A DNA stretch of 64,000 bases, taken from Candidatus Omnitrophota bacterium. Lineage in GTDB: Bacteria > Omnitrophota > Gorgyraeia > Zapsychrales > Zapsychraceae. Positions 18,443 to 28,683 of the stretch are shown piece by piece. The notes below the pieces were generated by a model that was given only the letters and a program-made list of their open reading frames with translations, ran no database searches and had not been told where the DNA came from. The stretch's first letter is position 1; each line of letters starts with the position of its first letter. Location of the stretch: positions 5,632 to 69,631 of the forward strand of contig DATDQB010000009.1 in assembly GCA_035292445.1 (NCBI GenBank), given 5' to 3'. Both the position numbers and the translations under genes were made by a program.

Positions 18443-18976
18443 CACAAAAAAACACTTTTGTTTTAATTGGTTTTTGATATGAAAAGCGACGACCCCAAAG
18501 GCAACGGCGACGTTCAAAGAATTCTTAAAGCCCTCCATTTCGATCTCGACAGCCTGATCACAGAAAGACGCCGCCGATTGAGAGACGCCCTCGATCTCAT
18601 TGCCGAGGACCAAACACACCGGCGACCGGGGCTCAAAGGCCTCAAAAGGGACACTGCCTTGCATCTGCTCAAGCAAAACAATCTGATAACCGCCGCGCCT
18701 AAGCTCTTGGATCACGCCGATTGTATCCTCCCGGTATTCCCACGGCAGCTGATCCTGGGCGCCGAGGGCTGTCTTGGTAATTTGACTGTTGGGCGGATGC
18801 CCCGTGATCCCGCAAAGGAAAATTTTCGAAACACCGGCGCCGTCGGCAGAGCGGAAGATCGAGCCAACATTATAAAGGCTGCGGATGTTGTTCAGCACAA
18901 CGACAAAAGGCAGGCGGGGCTGTTGCCCTTTGATCTTCTGCCGGCCCAGGATTTCTTCGTGGGAGAGTTTGCGCAT
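18398..18976 (-). CDS. SpoU/TrmH-family RNA methyltransferase
   Basis: NIRSLYNVGSIFRSAD, LVLGNEIEG and SLNVAVAFG. Confidence 0.9.
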   Translation of the reverse strand: MRKLSHEEILGRQKIKGQQPRLPFVVVLNNIRSLYNVGSIFRSADGAGVSKIFLCGITGHPPNSQITKTALGAQDQLPWEYREDTIGVIQELRRGGYQIVLLEQMQGSVPFEAFEPRSPVCLVLGNEIEGVSQSAASFCDQAVEIEMEGFKNSLNVAVAFGVVAFHIKNQLKQKCFFVKAAPLLAGRASFIS

Positions 18977-18980
18977 TCTC

Positions 18981-19763
18981 CTATTTTCCGAAAGGGTTCT
19001 TTAATAAATCTTTTACGTTCTCCGTCGTTTCCCCGATGATCTTCTTGGTCGTGTCCGTTGTTTCACCAATGACCTTTTTGGTCGTCTCGGTCGCCCCTTT
19101 GAGTGTGCCGGAAACGGCGTTGCTCAGGCCGCTGATATCGACGTTGGTAAGGTTGGCGATCGTTGTCTGGGCTAAGGAGCGCACAACGATCAAGCTCACC
19201 AGCGCATTCAAGTTGTCGATGCCTTCGTAGGTTTGGTCGATCCCGATCTTGAATTCCTTAACAGAAGGCTCCCCTTCTTTGGAATAATCTTTATAGATGA
19301 TCTTATCGATCTTCAGGGCTAGTTTATTGATGCGGATATCCTGTTTTGCCTTTTCCTGTGGCGCCCCTGTCTTTTCCGCCTTCTGCTGCTGGAGGGCCTT
19401 TAATTGCTCGATATTCACTTCCCCCTTTTTATTTTTGACGACCATGAACTCTTCCAGATGGAGCCTTAGATCGCTCACTTCGATGACCCCTTTAAAGATG
19501 CTCATGAGCTTATAATCCACATAAATTTCGGGGATCTTGATCATCACCTTATCTTCAAAGCCGGCCGGGTTATAAAGCCTTAAGCCTTTGATATCGATCA
19601 ATGATGTCGTTAACCCCATCCGCAAATTGTCGATCCTTAGCGGCAGGCCCGTCACGGCGCGGACAGATTGTTCAGCGACTATTTTAATGATAAAATCTTT
19701 GGCTAAAATAACAACAGCGATGATGACAACGACAGCAATAAGAATGCTTGGCTTCCCTTGCAT
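18981..19763 (-). CDS. AsmA-like N-terminally anchored protein
   Basis: N-terminal TM helix, IKGLRLYNPAGF and an internal TTKK(V/I)IGETT repeat near the C-terminus. Confidence 0.55.
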   Translation of the reverse strand: MQGKPSILIAVVVIIAVVILAKDFIIKIVAEQSVRAVTGLPLRIDNLRMGLTTSLIDIKGLRLYNPAGFEDKVMIKIPEIYVDYKLMSIFKGVIEVSDLRLHLEEFMVVKNKKGEVNIEQLKALQQQKAEKTGAPQEKAKQDIRINKLALKIDKIIYKDYSKEGEPSVKEFKIGIDQTYEGIDNLNALVSLIVVRSLAQTTIANLTNVDISGLSNAVSGTLKGATETTKKVIGETTDTTKKIIGETTENVKDLLKNPFGK

Positions 19764-19784
19764 AACAACTTCCTTTTCTGTTGG

Positions 19785-20216
19785 CTATTCCTCGTCTAAC
19801 GATGCCAAATAAGAACTGATCTTGTGAGCGAAAGTATCCTCGTTGAATATGCCCAAATATTTGATCGGCCGGTCGACGTTTTTAAAAGTGTGGGTCGTAT
19901 CGGAAGCGAACAAACGATGAAGAATGGATTCTTTGGCCATACCCTTATCGATAAAAAAAGAATAAAGGGCCAGGTAGACTTTCTTTTTGGGTATGGCCTT
20001 CACTTTCTCGATCACATCATAGGTCGAGATTTCTTCCATCTGGATGTCGATAACGACGATATCGGGGTTGAACTCATCGATCCCCTCCAAAATATCCTCG
20101 GATTTCATAACCCGTTCCGTGCGGCAGCCCGCCTCTTTGAATTCGTTGGCGATATATTTGATCACCGAGGGAACGGTCCCGGCAACGAGCACCGTTAAAT
20201 TGTTGATATTGGCCAT
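19785..20216 (-). CDS. Atypical receiver-domain protein
   Basis: NPDIVVIDIQME retained; acidic pair after beta1 replaced (VLVAGT); directly downstream of the kinase. Confidence 0.65.
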   Translation of the reverse strand: MANINNLTVLVAGTVPSVIKYIANEFKEAGCRTERVMKSEDILEGIDEFNPDIVVIDIQMEEISTYDVIEKVKAIPKKKVYLALYSFFIDKGMAKESILHRLFASDTTHTFKNVDRPIKYLGIFNEDTFAHKISSYLASLDEE

Positions 20217-20234
20217 TGGATTAACCTGACTCTT

Positions 20235-22085
20235 TTAGCTGAGCTTCTTGGGGATCGTGAAATAAAACGCAGCCCCCTGCCCCTCTTTCGATTCGACCCA
20301 AACGCGCCCGCCGTGATCTTCGATGATGCGCTGCACAATGCTTAAACCCGCCCCCGTGCCTTCATATTCTTTATTGATATGGAGCTTGCGAAAAAGGTCG
20401 AATACCTTCTCATGAAACTCTGGCGCGATCCCTATCCCGTTATCTTTGACAAAGAAACGGTAATCCTGCGACGTCTCATTATAACCGATTTCCACTTTCG
20501 GCCGCTGTTTATTATCTTTGCCTGAGAATTTGATAGCGTTGTTGATCAAATTAAGAAAGACCGTTTTGATCTTAATGGGGTCGCAGGCAATAACCGGCAG
20601 GTTATCTGCCATTTTAAACTCGACATTTTTATCCTCGATGTCGAATTTTAACTGTTGCCTCACCATCTCGATAACGCGCTTGATATCGGTTTGTTCATAA
20701 GGGTTTTTGATTCGGGATACCTGCGACAAAGTCAGAAGATCATCGATCAACGCACTCAGCCGCTGCGCTCCCTCACGGATCTCTTTGACGTAATCTTTGC
20801 CTTGACCGTCCAGCTTCTCCCGATAATCATCCTCCAGAAAAGTGGCGAAAGACGCGATCCCGCGCAAAGGCGCACGCAGGTCGTGGCTGGCCGTGTACAC
20901 AAAGCTGTCGAGTTCTTTGTTGACCTTTTCCAAGTCCCGTTTTTGCTGCTCGAGTTGTTCCTTATCCTTCTTTAAATGTTCGGTCATTTGGTTGAACTCC
21001 TGCGTCAGCTCGCCCAGTTCATCTTTACCGGGCACAGGCAATTTGACGCCCAAGTCCCCCCGGCCGACTTTGCCGGCCGCGTTACGCAGATCCACGATCG
21101 GGTCAATAAAAACATGGTTCATCATGCGCAAAAAGAAAAGGATCAGGACAACGACGATGCCGATAAGGAAAAGCGTGCGGCTACGCAAGTAATTAACGCT
21201 TTCAAAAGCCTCCGTGATGCCGATCTCGCTGATCAGGCACCAGTCCTGGTCAGGCAAATATTTTTGGACTCCCAAAACCTTGCTCCCGCGATAGCCTTTG
21301 TAAATGGAGGGAGCGGCCTTTCCGGTGAAACAATCTTGTGTTGCCGGCGTATTCACTTTCAAACGAAACTCGGCGTTGGGCAAAAAACGCGAATCGGTGA
21401 TCATATAACCCTGACGGTTAACGATATACGTCTCCCCCGTTTCCCCCAATCCGGCATGGTCCGCCGTAATGTCGTTAAGGACCCTGCCCCTCACCCTCAA
21501 AAGAATGGCACCGGCAATGGCCCCCGTCTCCCAATGGCGTATCTGCTCGAAGATCAAAAGAAACGTTTCTGTGGCCTCGGGATCAATGTGGAGGCCGGCA
21601 AAATAAGTGCCCCGCTCGATGACTTTTTCCAAGTAATCCGCAACGATGTTCTGGCCGATATGGTTTTTGTCGGTATCGACGATGATCTTCCCGTTGATGT
21701 CGATCAGCGCGATGGAATCAATATCGGTCGGTTGGGCGATATGCTGATAGGAATTCGGGGAAAAACGCTTGAGCTCTTCGAAGATGGTTTCCACGTGGCC
21801 CTGCATCTTATGGACGAGCCATGGCTCGTTCGTGGCATCGATGGCCAGCTGCCTGGTCAGAAAGGAACCAGCTATCTCACGCGCCTGCTCCAGGCGAAGC
21901 TGTATCTGATAGGCGACACTGGCTGCCCTCGCGTTATTGAGTGCGATAAAAGAGTTGATGATCTTTTTTTCCAGCTCGATCTTGGAATGGGAATACCCCA
22001 GGTAGGCAACGGTCAACAAAGGCCCCAGCGTGATGACAATAAAAGAAAGGATGAACTTCTCGCTGATTTTGAGTTTATGGAGCAT
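20235..22085 (-). CDS. Sensor histidine kinase (Cache-like periplasmic region, HAMP, HisKA, HATPase)
   Basis: ASHDLRAPL, NLINNAIKF, DNGIGI, GTGAGLSIV and DELGELTQEFNQM. Confidence 0.93.
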   Translation of the reverse strand: MLHKLKISEKFILSFIVITLGPLLTVAYLGYSHSKIELEKKIINSFIALNNARAASVAYQIQLRLEQAREIAGSFLTRQLAIDATNEPWLVHKMQGHVETIFEELKRFSPNSYQHIAQPTDIDSIALIDINGKIIVDTDKNHIGQNIVADYLEKVIERGTYFAGLHIDPEATETFLLIFEQIRHWETGAIAGAILLRVRGRVLNDITADHAGLGETGETYIVNRQGYMITDSRFLPNAEFRLKVNTPATQDCFTGKAAPSIYKGYRGSKVLGVQKYLPDQDWCLISEIGITEAFESVNYLRSRTLFLIGIVVVLILFFLRMMNHVFIDPIVDLRNAAGKVGRGDLGVKLPVPGKDELGELTQEFNQMTEHLKKDKEQLEQQKRDLEKVNKELDSFVYTASHDLRAPLRGIASFATFLEDDYREKLDGQGKDYVKEIREGAQRLSALIDDLLTLSQVSRIKNPYEQTDIKRVIEMVRQQLKFDIEDKNVEFKMADNLPVIACDPIKIKTVFLNLINNAIKFSGKDNKQRPKVEIGYNETSQDYRFFVKDNGIGIAPEFHEKVFDLFRKLHINKEYEGTGAGLSIVQRIIEDHGGRVWVESKEGQGAAFYFTIPKKLS

Positions 22086-22175
22086 GGGGGCTTGTGTTTA
22101 TTATTAATAAAAGTAGAAGTATTATAACAGGGATAGGATACGCACTCAAACGAAAAGCGGATGAATTAATGGGAA

Positions 22176-22457
22176 TTAAACTAATTGGATTTTAAGTTTT
22201 TTCCCAAGAGCATTAGCAAGTCTTTCCAAAGTCAAAAGCGTGATTGATTCATTAGAAGGCTCAAGTAGCCTGTCAAGCTGGGATCGGCTGGTTTCCATCT
22301 TTCTTGATAATTCCTGTTTTGATATATGTTTTTCGTTCATGATCTTCCTGATCTGAAAAGAAATGACTTTTTTAGCGGCCGCCGCCTGGGCTTTCTCTAA
22401 AAGGTCTTCCTCTTTCAGGAAATCATCAAAAGAACTGCCAACGTGCTTATTCTTCAT
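22176..22457 (-). CDS. XRE/HTH antitoxin (HigA-like)
   Basis: KHVGSSFDDFLKEE, TSRSQLDRLL and SITLLTLERLANALGKKL. Confidence 0.82.
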   Translation of the reverse strand: MKNKHVGSSFDDFLKEEDLLEKAQAAAAKKVISFQIRKIMNEKHISKQELSRKMETSRSQLDRLLEPSNESITLLTLERLANALGKKLKIQLV

Positions 22458-22536
22458 GACGGCCACCTTCTTTCAAAAGTTTCATTCTTTTCTTAGCCAA
22501 CACCAGGTCCTCTTTGGGAATCCGTTGCGGATGCAA
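22447..22536 (-). pseudogene. Internally deleted RelE/ParE (Gp49/DUF891-like) toxin remnant
   Basis: GGAG RBS and TTG start give a 29-aa ORF, MHPQRIPKEDLVLAKKRMKLLKEGGRHEE, matching the C-terminal helix of such toxins; overlaps the antitoxin start. Confidence 0.65.
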
Positions 22537-22554
22537 TGGCTACACTCCGTTATA

Positions 22555-22582
22555 AGTGTACCATTATTGGTACATATGTCAA
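22555..22582 (-). promoter_or_regulatory. TA promoter with palindromic operator
   Basis: TTGACA-16nt-TACACT; palindrome TGTACCA-N4-TGGTACA at 22557-22574. Confidence 0.7.
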
Positions 22583-22589
22583 ATAATAC

Positions 22590-24053
22590 TTATATATCAT
22601 TCATGTCTCCCGATATGATCTTCGGTGTCAAAAAAATCACAATCTCGGTCTTTCTTGTGAAATCGTTCTGGTTACGAAAGGCCGCGCCCACAACAGGAAT
22701 GCTGCCCAAGACCGGGATCTTTTTGGTCGTGCTGATGTCTTCTTCTTTGATCAACCCTCCGATAACGATCGTCATGGCATCTTTGACGGTCACGGTCGTT
22801 TCCGCCTGGGAGGTCTCGACAACGGGGATCGTGTTATTATTGGAAGTGGTGACGCTGCGCACCACGGAGCTGACCTCGGGTTTGAGCTTAACGGTGATAA
22901 AACCGTCCCGGTGAATGGTCGGCGTCACATAAAGCTTCACACCCACCTCGATAAAATTAACGCTTTCGGCGGTAGTAGTGGGCCCCGCGGCCGTTGTCGT
23001 TGTGGTTGCCGTCACGTACGGTTCGGTCGAGCCGACAAGGATCTTGGCTTCTTTATTATTGAGGGTGGTGATCGAAGGGTTCGATAAAATATTGGTTGTG
23101 CCGATTGTTTGCAGCGCCTGCAGCAGCACCGAATAATTATCTTCCGCCAATGTTCCGATGCTTAACGTCCCTTTCTTTTCATTGCCGCTTAAGATGTCAA
23201 GATCTCCCGCGAGGCGCAGATCATGATATTCCCTCACCATCGCCTCCCAATCGATGCCGAGCTTATACTCATCGCTTAAAATGACCTGAACGATCTTGGC
23301 GTCAATTTGCACAACCTCATCTTTCTTATCGAATGCCCGGATCAGCGCTTCGGCCTCTTTGAGTTTGTCCGGCGCCGCGGAAACGATCAAGACGTTGGAG
23401 CGCTCATCGAAAGCGATGTTCCCGTTAGCCGGGGTTACGGTTTCCTTGATCTTGCCGGCGATCTCCCCGGCCTTGGCATAACTTAATTCAAACACCTTTG
23501 TCTCTACCGGCGTATCGAGGCGCTTAAGCATCGTTTGCATTTCTTCGACTTTGGCCGGCGTATCTTTAAGCATGAGCGTATTGGATTTATCGTCGGCGAT
23601 CACTTTCCCCGATGGGCCTTTCATCTGATTTAATAAAGGCACGGTTTCAGCCGCTTTGGCGTATTCCAATTTGACGACTTGCGTCGTCATCTCTTCCCCG
23701 AATTTTTTCCCGTAACGGCTTTCGTATTCCTGCTCGGTCATGACTTTGATCACCCACTCCTCTTCGGCAATGGCCCAGCCGTAGGACTCGACGATCACCT
23801 TTAACGCCTCCTCGGCTTCGATGTCTTTAAGATACGCGCTGACACGGCCTTTGACATTCTGGCTCGCGATAATATTCTTCCCGCTTTTTTGGGAAATCAG
23901 TTTTAAGACATCCAAAATATCCATCGATTTAATGTCGAGGATATCGATCTTTGTCGTTGCCGACGCAGACGGGCTTTGTGTTTCCTGAGCCATTGTCAAA
24001 ACAGGCTGAACAAAAAGCAAACAAACAGCCACGGTAAAAGAAAAGCATTTCAT
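22590..24053 (-). CDS. Outer-membrane secretin (GspD/PilQ family)
   Basis: Signal peptide, repeated N domains (LEYAKA...DDKSNTL; LSYAKA...DERSNVL), LSNPSITTLNNKEA, IVIGGLI, KIPVLGSIP and KTEIVIFLTPKI. Confidence 0.92.
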   Translation of the reverse strand: MKCFSFTVAVCLLFVQPVLTMAQETQSPSASATTKIDILDIKSMDILDVLKLISQKSGKNIIASQNVKGRVSAYLKDIEAEEALKVIVESYGWAIAEEEWVIKVMTEQEYESRYGKKFGEEMTTQVVKLEYAKAAETVPLLNQMKGPSGKVIADDKSNTLMLKDTPAKVEEMQTMLKRLDTPVETKVFELSYAKAGEIAGKIKETVTPANGNIAFDERSNVLIVSAAPDKLKEAEALIRAFDKKDEVVQIDAKIVQVILSDEYKLGIDWEAMVREYHDLRLAGDLDILSGNEKKGTLSIGTLAEDNYSVLLQALQTIGTTNILSNPSITTLNNKEAKILVGSTEPYVTATTTTTAAGPTTTAESVNFIEVGVKLYVTPTIHRDGFITVKLKPEVSSVVRSVTTSNNNTIPVVETSQAETTVTVKDAMTIVIGGLIKEEDISTTKKIPVLGSIPVVGAAFRNQNDFTRKTEIVIFLTPKIISGDMNDI

Positions 24054-24655
24054 CTAGCCAGCTCCAGCTGAATATTTTGGTAAGTTAAGATCACTTTATC
24101 TTCAAGAATTTCCGACACAACGGCCCCTTCGATCTGTTGCCCTTTGGAGACAAATTCCGTTTCGCCGCTTTTGATTCTTTCGATAATGACCTGCGGCTGC
24201 GTATCAAGGACAATACCGATAATACGTATCTGGTTTTTGATCTCGGCTAAGACATTTGACTGCACCTCTTCAGTGTTTTTCATCTGTTCTTCTTTCGACA
24301 GGAAAATATTACGCTCAAGGACCGGCTGCGTGTAATGCTGAAGCGGCATAACGGCGCGGGCCACTTTAACGCTCGCGTCTTTAATTTCGGGGAATTCCCG
24401 TATTTGAACCTCAGGCTGGAACTTTGATGCGGATAAAGGTTTTGTCTCAAAAACCATCACTAAGAATGTTAACGCGCAAGCCGCGATCAAAAAGAGGTTG
24501 AACCCTTTAAGGATCCGCGTTAATTGTTGTTTCCGCGCGATCGCGCGCTGAAGTTTCTCCAGTTTCCAATAATAATTGGAGCCTTGAAACACGTCCTGAT
24601 CACGGGTGCTTTTAATGGTGGTTGCCGGGCTTGGGATTGTGGCGAGCTGGCTCAT
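24050..24655 (-). CDS. GspC/PilP-like inner-membrane protein
   Basis: One TM helix; RNIF motif; C-terminal IIGIV...VIIE...KGQQIEGAVVSEILEDKVIL beta-domain; ATGA overlap with the secretin gene. Confidence 0.6.
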   Translation of the reverse strand: MSQLATIPSPATTIKSTRDQDVFQGSNYYWKLEKLQRAIARKQQLTRILKGFNLFLIAACALTFLVMVFETKPLSASKFQPEVQIREFPEIKDASVKVARAVMPLQHYTQPVLERNIFLSKEEQMKNTEEVQSNVLAEIKNQIRIIGIVLDTQPQVIIERIKSGETEFVSKGQQIEGAVVSEILEDKVILTYQNIQLELAR

Positions 24656-24692
24656 GTTTGGCTGGATAACCCTTCTTTGTTAAGATGATTTA

Positions 24693-24732
24693 AGCATAAC
24701 ATAAATTTGATTATTTGTCAAAATTATGTTAT
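24693..24732 (-). promoter_or_regulatory. Promoter of the GspC/secretin pair with a 15-bp inverted repeat
   Basis: TTGACA-17nt-TATGCT; arms ATAACATAAATTTGA and TCAAAATTATGTTAT with a 7-bp spacer. Confidence 0.65.
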
Positions 24733-24803
24733 ATTTAAAACAATTAATCGTTAATCTAAACACAAATTTTGATTAAATATCAATCTAATATACCCTTAAT
24801 TAT

Positions 24804-24835
24804 GTGTGGACAACGTGTGTACAATATGCTATGCT
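24804..24835 (+). promoter_or_regulatory. TA promoter with tandem operator boxes
   Basis: TGGACA-17nt-TATGCT; GTGTGGACAA and GTGTGTACAA repeated at an 11-bp period. Confidence 0.6.
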
Positions 24836-24862
24836 TTCTGTATAAGAGAAAGGAAAATAAAA

Positions 24863-25138
24863 ATGGCCATAACACAAAAAGACACCCGTATCGATCTTAG
24901 AATCGAAAATTCACAAAAAGATTTCCTTATGTATGCGGCGTCGCTCCTTAAGATGAAGCTTTCGGCTTTTGTGCTGGATTGCGCTTTAAAGGAAGCGGAA
25001 GCCCTGGTGGCAAGCAAAGTCCATTTTCCTTTACCTGCGAACCAATGGAAACTTTTTTGTGAAGCGCTGGATAAACCCGCCCGCGAAATTCCGCAACTGA
25101 AAAAACTCTTTCAGGGACCGACCGGCTTCGATGAATGA
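24863..25138 (+). CDS. DUF1778 (TacA/AtaR-like RHH) antitoxin
   Basis: KDTRIDLRI...AA...LSAFVL...WKLFCEALDKP; AAGGA RBS. Confidence 0.88.
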   Translation: MAITQKDTRIDLRIENSQKDFLMYAASLLKMKLSAFVLDCALKEAEALVASKVHFPLPANQWKLFCEALDKPAREIPQLKKLFQGPTGFDE

Positions 25139-25643
25139 AGCTGCTCCATTAAAAGCCCCTGCCCTACTGGAAGAATTTCACATTGTCGAGGGCTTCGATT
25201 GCGGCGTTGAGGCCCTTAACGTTTATCTAAAAAATTTTGCGTATATTAACAATAAAAACGGTTCGGCAAGGACCTACGTGGCGACAAGAAACAACCGTGT
25301 GATGGGATTTTATACGCTTACTCCCGGCTCCGTAACCAAAGAGGAAGCTCCTCAACGTGTGGGAAAGGGCTTAGCTTATCATCCGGTCCCTGTCATTATC
25401 CTTGCCCGTCTTGCTGTCGATAAAAATGAGCAAGGAGGCGGTATAGGCAAAGCTTTATTGAGGGATGCTTTAACGAGGATTATCGCTGCGGCTGAAATTA
25501 TCGGGGCGCGGGCTGCCTTGGTCCACGCCAAAGACAAACGGGCCAAATCTTTTTACGAACGCTTTGGTTTCGAACCTTCCCCCATTGACCAATTCCATTT
25601 GTATCTTCTCTTAAAAGATATTAGAAAGAGTTTGGGCATATAA
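25131..25643 (+). CDS. GNAT acetyltransferase toxin (TacT/AtaT-like)
   Basis: FDCGVEALN, PVPVIILARLAVD, QGGGIGKALL and VHAKDKRAKSFYERFGF. Confidence 0.9.
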   Translation: MNEAAPLKAPALLEEFHIVEGFDCGVEALNVYLKNFAYINNKNGSARTYVATRNNRVMGFYTLTPGSVTKEEAPQRVGKGLAYHPVPVIILARLAVDKNEQGGGIGKALLRDALTRIIAAAEIIGARAALVHAKDKRAKSFYERFGFEPSPIDQFHLYLLLKDIRKSLGI

Positions 25644-25649
25644 ACAAAG

Positions 25650-25683
25650 AACCCTGCCGGAAGCCAATCTTCCAGCAGGGTTT
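25650..25683. terminator. Terminator hairpin between the convergent GNAT and gap genes
   Basis: AACCCTGCCGGAAG-CCAAT-CTTCCAGCAGGGTT. Confidence 0.7.
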
Positions 25684-25708
25684 AATTCCTATCTGAATAT
25701 CTTACTGA

Positions 25709-26752
<1,044 letters not shown>

Positions 26753-26776
26753 TCAATAAATAAAATTAATAATATT

Positions 26777-26833
26777 GTACGGGGGTCTGTCCTCAGACCC
26801 CCTTCGAAGGGCGGCTGGGACAGCCGCCCCTAC
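26777..26833. repeat. GTAG-family REP doublet (REPIN-like)
   Basis: GTACGGGGGTCTG-TCCT-CAGACCCCC...GGGCGGCTG-GGA-CAGCCGCCCCTAC. Confidence 0.8.
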
Positions 26834-26879
26834 GGATTATTCAATTGAGATTATAAATTATATCCGCAACCAACAAAAG

Positions 26880-27635
26880 TCAAGAATATTGTTTGGCCTT
26901 TTGTGCGGCAACCATCCAATAAGCGGCGCGCTTCATTATTTCTGGGCGCCCACGATATTTCTTGGCCCAATACCGCCCGATCGGCATCAAACCCCATTTC
27001 TTCGCCCAAGTGACCACGGCTACTCCCGCCACATTCCCGGCCACCATTTCGCGCAATTCAAAGCCGTTCTCGCGCAGCTCTTTGGTAATGCCTTCCAACG
27101 TATAGGTCTCATCATGGGCTTGACGTTCATGCGCCTTGGTATCAACATCTTTATTAAGCACATCGAAGATCAAGTACCCCTTGTCATTAAGCACCCGGCG
27201 GAGCTGCCGATAGAGTTCGCGGCGCTTGTCATATTCAAAATGGCGGATGAAGCGCATGGTGAAAACACCGTCAAAATGTTTTTCGGGAAACGAAAGGCGA
27301 AACGCGTCTTCACGGACAAAATTGGACTTGATGTTCTCCCGGTAACATTTTTCCTGCGCAGCGGCAAGCATCTCTTGGGAATAGTCGGCGCTAACGATGT
27401 TGAACCCGCGCACCGCGACCCCGCGGGTCAACCGCCCCGTCCCGCACGCCAGATCCAGATACTGCCCGGCGGGATCGCAATATTTACGGATAAAATATTC
27501 GATCGCATCGCAATCCAGCCAATGCGCCAGGCTTCTTTTAATATTTCCGAAACGCTTCTGTTCATAAACGTCGACAATATCGCTTTTCTGATAGTGATCT
27601 TTAATGCCCTGCTCGGTCTTGATCTTTTCAGGCAT
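26880..27635 (-). CDS. Class I SAM-dependent methyltransferase
   Basis: YLDLACGTG, ADYSQEML, DAFRLSFP and RVLNDKGYLIFD. Start at MPEK (27635). Confidence 0.88.
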   Translation of the reverse strand: MPEKIKTEQGIKDHYQKSDIVDVYEQKRFGNIKRSLAHWLDCDAIEYFIRKYCDPAGQYLDLACGTGRLTRGVAVRGFNIVSADYSQEMLAAAQEKCYRENIKSNFVREDAFRLSFPEKHFDGVFTMRFIRHFEYDKRRELYRQLRRVLNDKGYLIFDVLNKDVDTKAHERQAHDETYTLEGITKELRENGFELREMVAGNVAGVAVVTWAKKWGLMPIGRYWAKKYRGRPEIMKRAAYWMVAAQKAKQYS

Positions 27636-28683
27636 ACTGCTCTTTCCTGTTGGCCAAATTGGCGAGCCGTTCAAGCGTCTGATACGGCGTTTCGGCCCGG
27701 CCGATACCGAAATGATAACATTTTGCCTGATTGAGCAATTGCGCCAACGCATTGTTCTGTTTGATCAACAACACATCACCCGCGATTATCAGGTTCCAAA
27801 GCGTCGCGGCGTTAAAATATTCTTTCATTTCTGAGGCAAGCATATTGCTGTTCATGATCGTCGAACTCGCAACTGCGGGTGGCATTTCTTTGGTAAATGG
27901 CTCCCTGGAGAAACAAGGAACGATAATATAATCCGGCCTGTGCTCCCGCTCACTCGATGCGGGCGGGGAAAAATATGCCCGGTCCTTTGATCGCGTGATC
28001 TCACGGAACGACTCCGGAATGAGAAAGCGGTTCTCATTGCTTATTTTTAACGGCGCATAACATGGGAAAATGCTTTTTTCGTCATGGAAAATGATATTAT
28101 CCGAAATAAATAATGCCTCCGGGCGCTGTAAGCTCTGCAGCGCCAGTGTTGTCTTGCCCATCTTATCAAGCCCCGCGAAAACAAAAATTTTCCCCGAAAC
28201 CTTAAAAGCCGCCGCATGAAGAGGATAAATGCCGGAAAAATGTTGAAGATGAAAGAACAAAGGATAATATACAAAATGATAACAAGCCTCTCTCATCAGC
28301 TCATCGTTGTCTTTTTTAAATAACCGCCGGTATTTCTTTTCTTCCTGAACAACAAAGATCCGCAACCGACGGCCTTCAATGGTAAGATCCACTTTGGTCC
28401 GCCGCCCATTGATCTTGTCCATGTAAACGCATTGCGTATCATTGATATAGGTGTTTGTCGCGATCCGGCGCAGATTGCTTTTCTCAACGCTCACCATCTT
28501 TGACAAAGCACTTTTGCTCCAGGATATATGAAGACTGATGTCGGGTTGCTGTTGATCGGAAGGCTCTTGTATGATCTGATAAAGGAACTGCTTCTTCAAA
28601 TAAGCCATGAAATCCTCACTGGAAGAAATGATCTCGATCGTACGATCATGTAAGCCAATACGCATAATCTGGTCTGCTGTCAT
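27628..28683 (-). CDS. HPr-kinase-related P-loop protein
   Basis: PLHAAAF...FAGLDKMGKTTL...FISDN, the HprK/PCK-like fold signature. Confidence 0.6.
   Translation of the reverse strand: MTADQIMRIGLHDRTIEIISSSEDFMAYLKKQFLYQIIQEPSDQQQPDISLHISWSKSALSKMVSVEKSNLRRIATNTYINDTQCVYMDKINGRRTKVDLTIEGRRLRIFVVQEEKKYRRLFKKDNDELMREACYHFVYYPLFFHLQHFSGIYPLHAAAFKVSGKIFVFAGLDKMGKTTLALQSLQRPEALFISDNIIFHDEKSIFPCYAPLKISNENRFLIPESFREITRSKDRAYFSPPASSEREHRPDYIIVPCFSREPFTKEMPPAVASSTIMNSNMLASEMKEYFNAATLWNLIIAGDVLLIKQNNALAQLLNQAKCYHFGIGRAETPYQTLERLANLANRKEQYA

Noticed and set aside
20976-22127. 383-aa plus-strand ORF
   Set aside because: Antisense shadow of the histidine kinase with no recognisable motifs.
26775-27734. 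319-aa plus-strand ORF (likewise 15610..16464, 40744..41508, 12563..13282)
   Set aside because: Antisense to well-supported genes, with shadow-frame composition.
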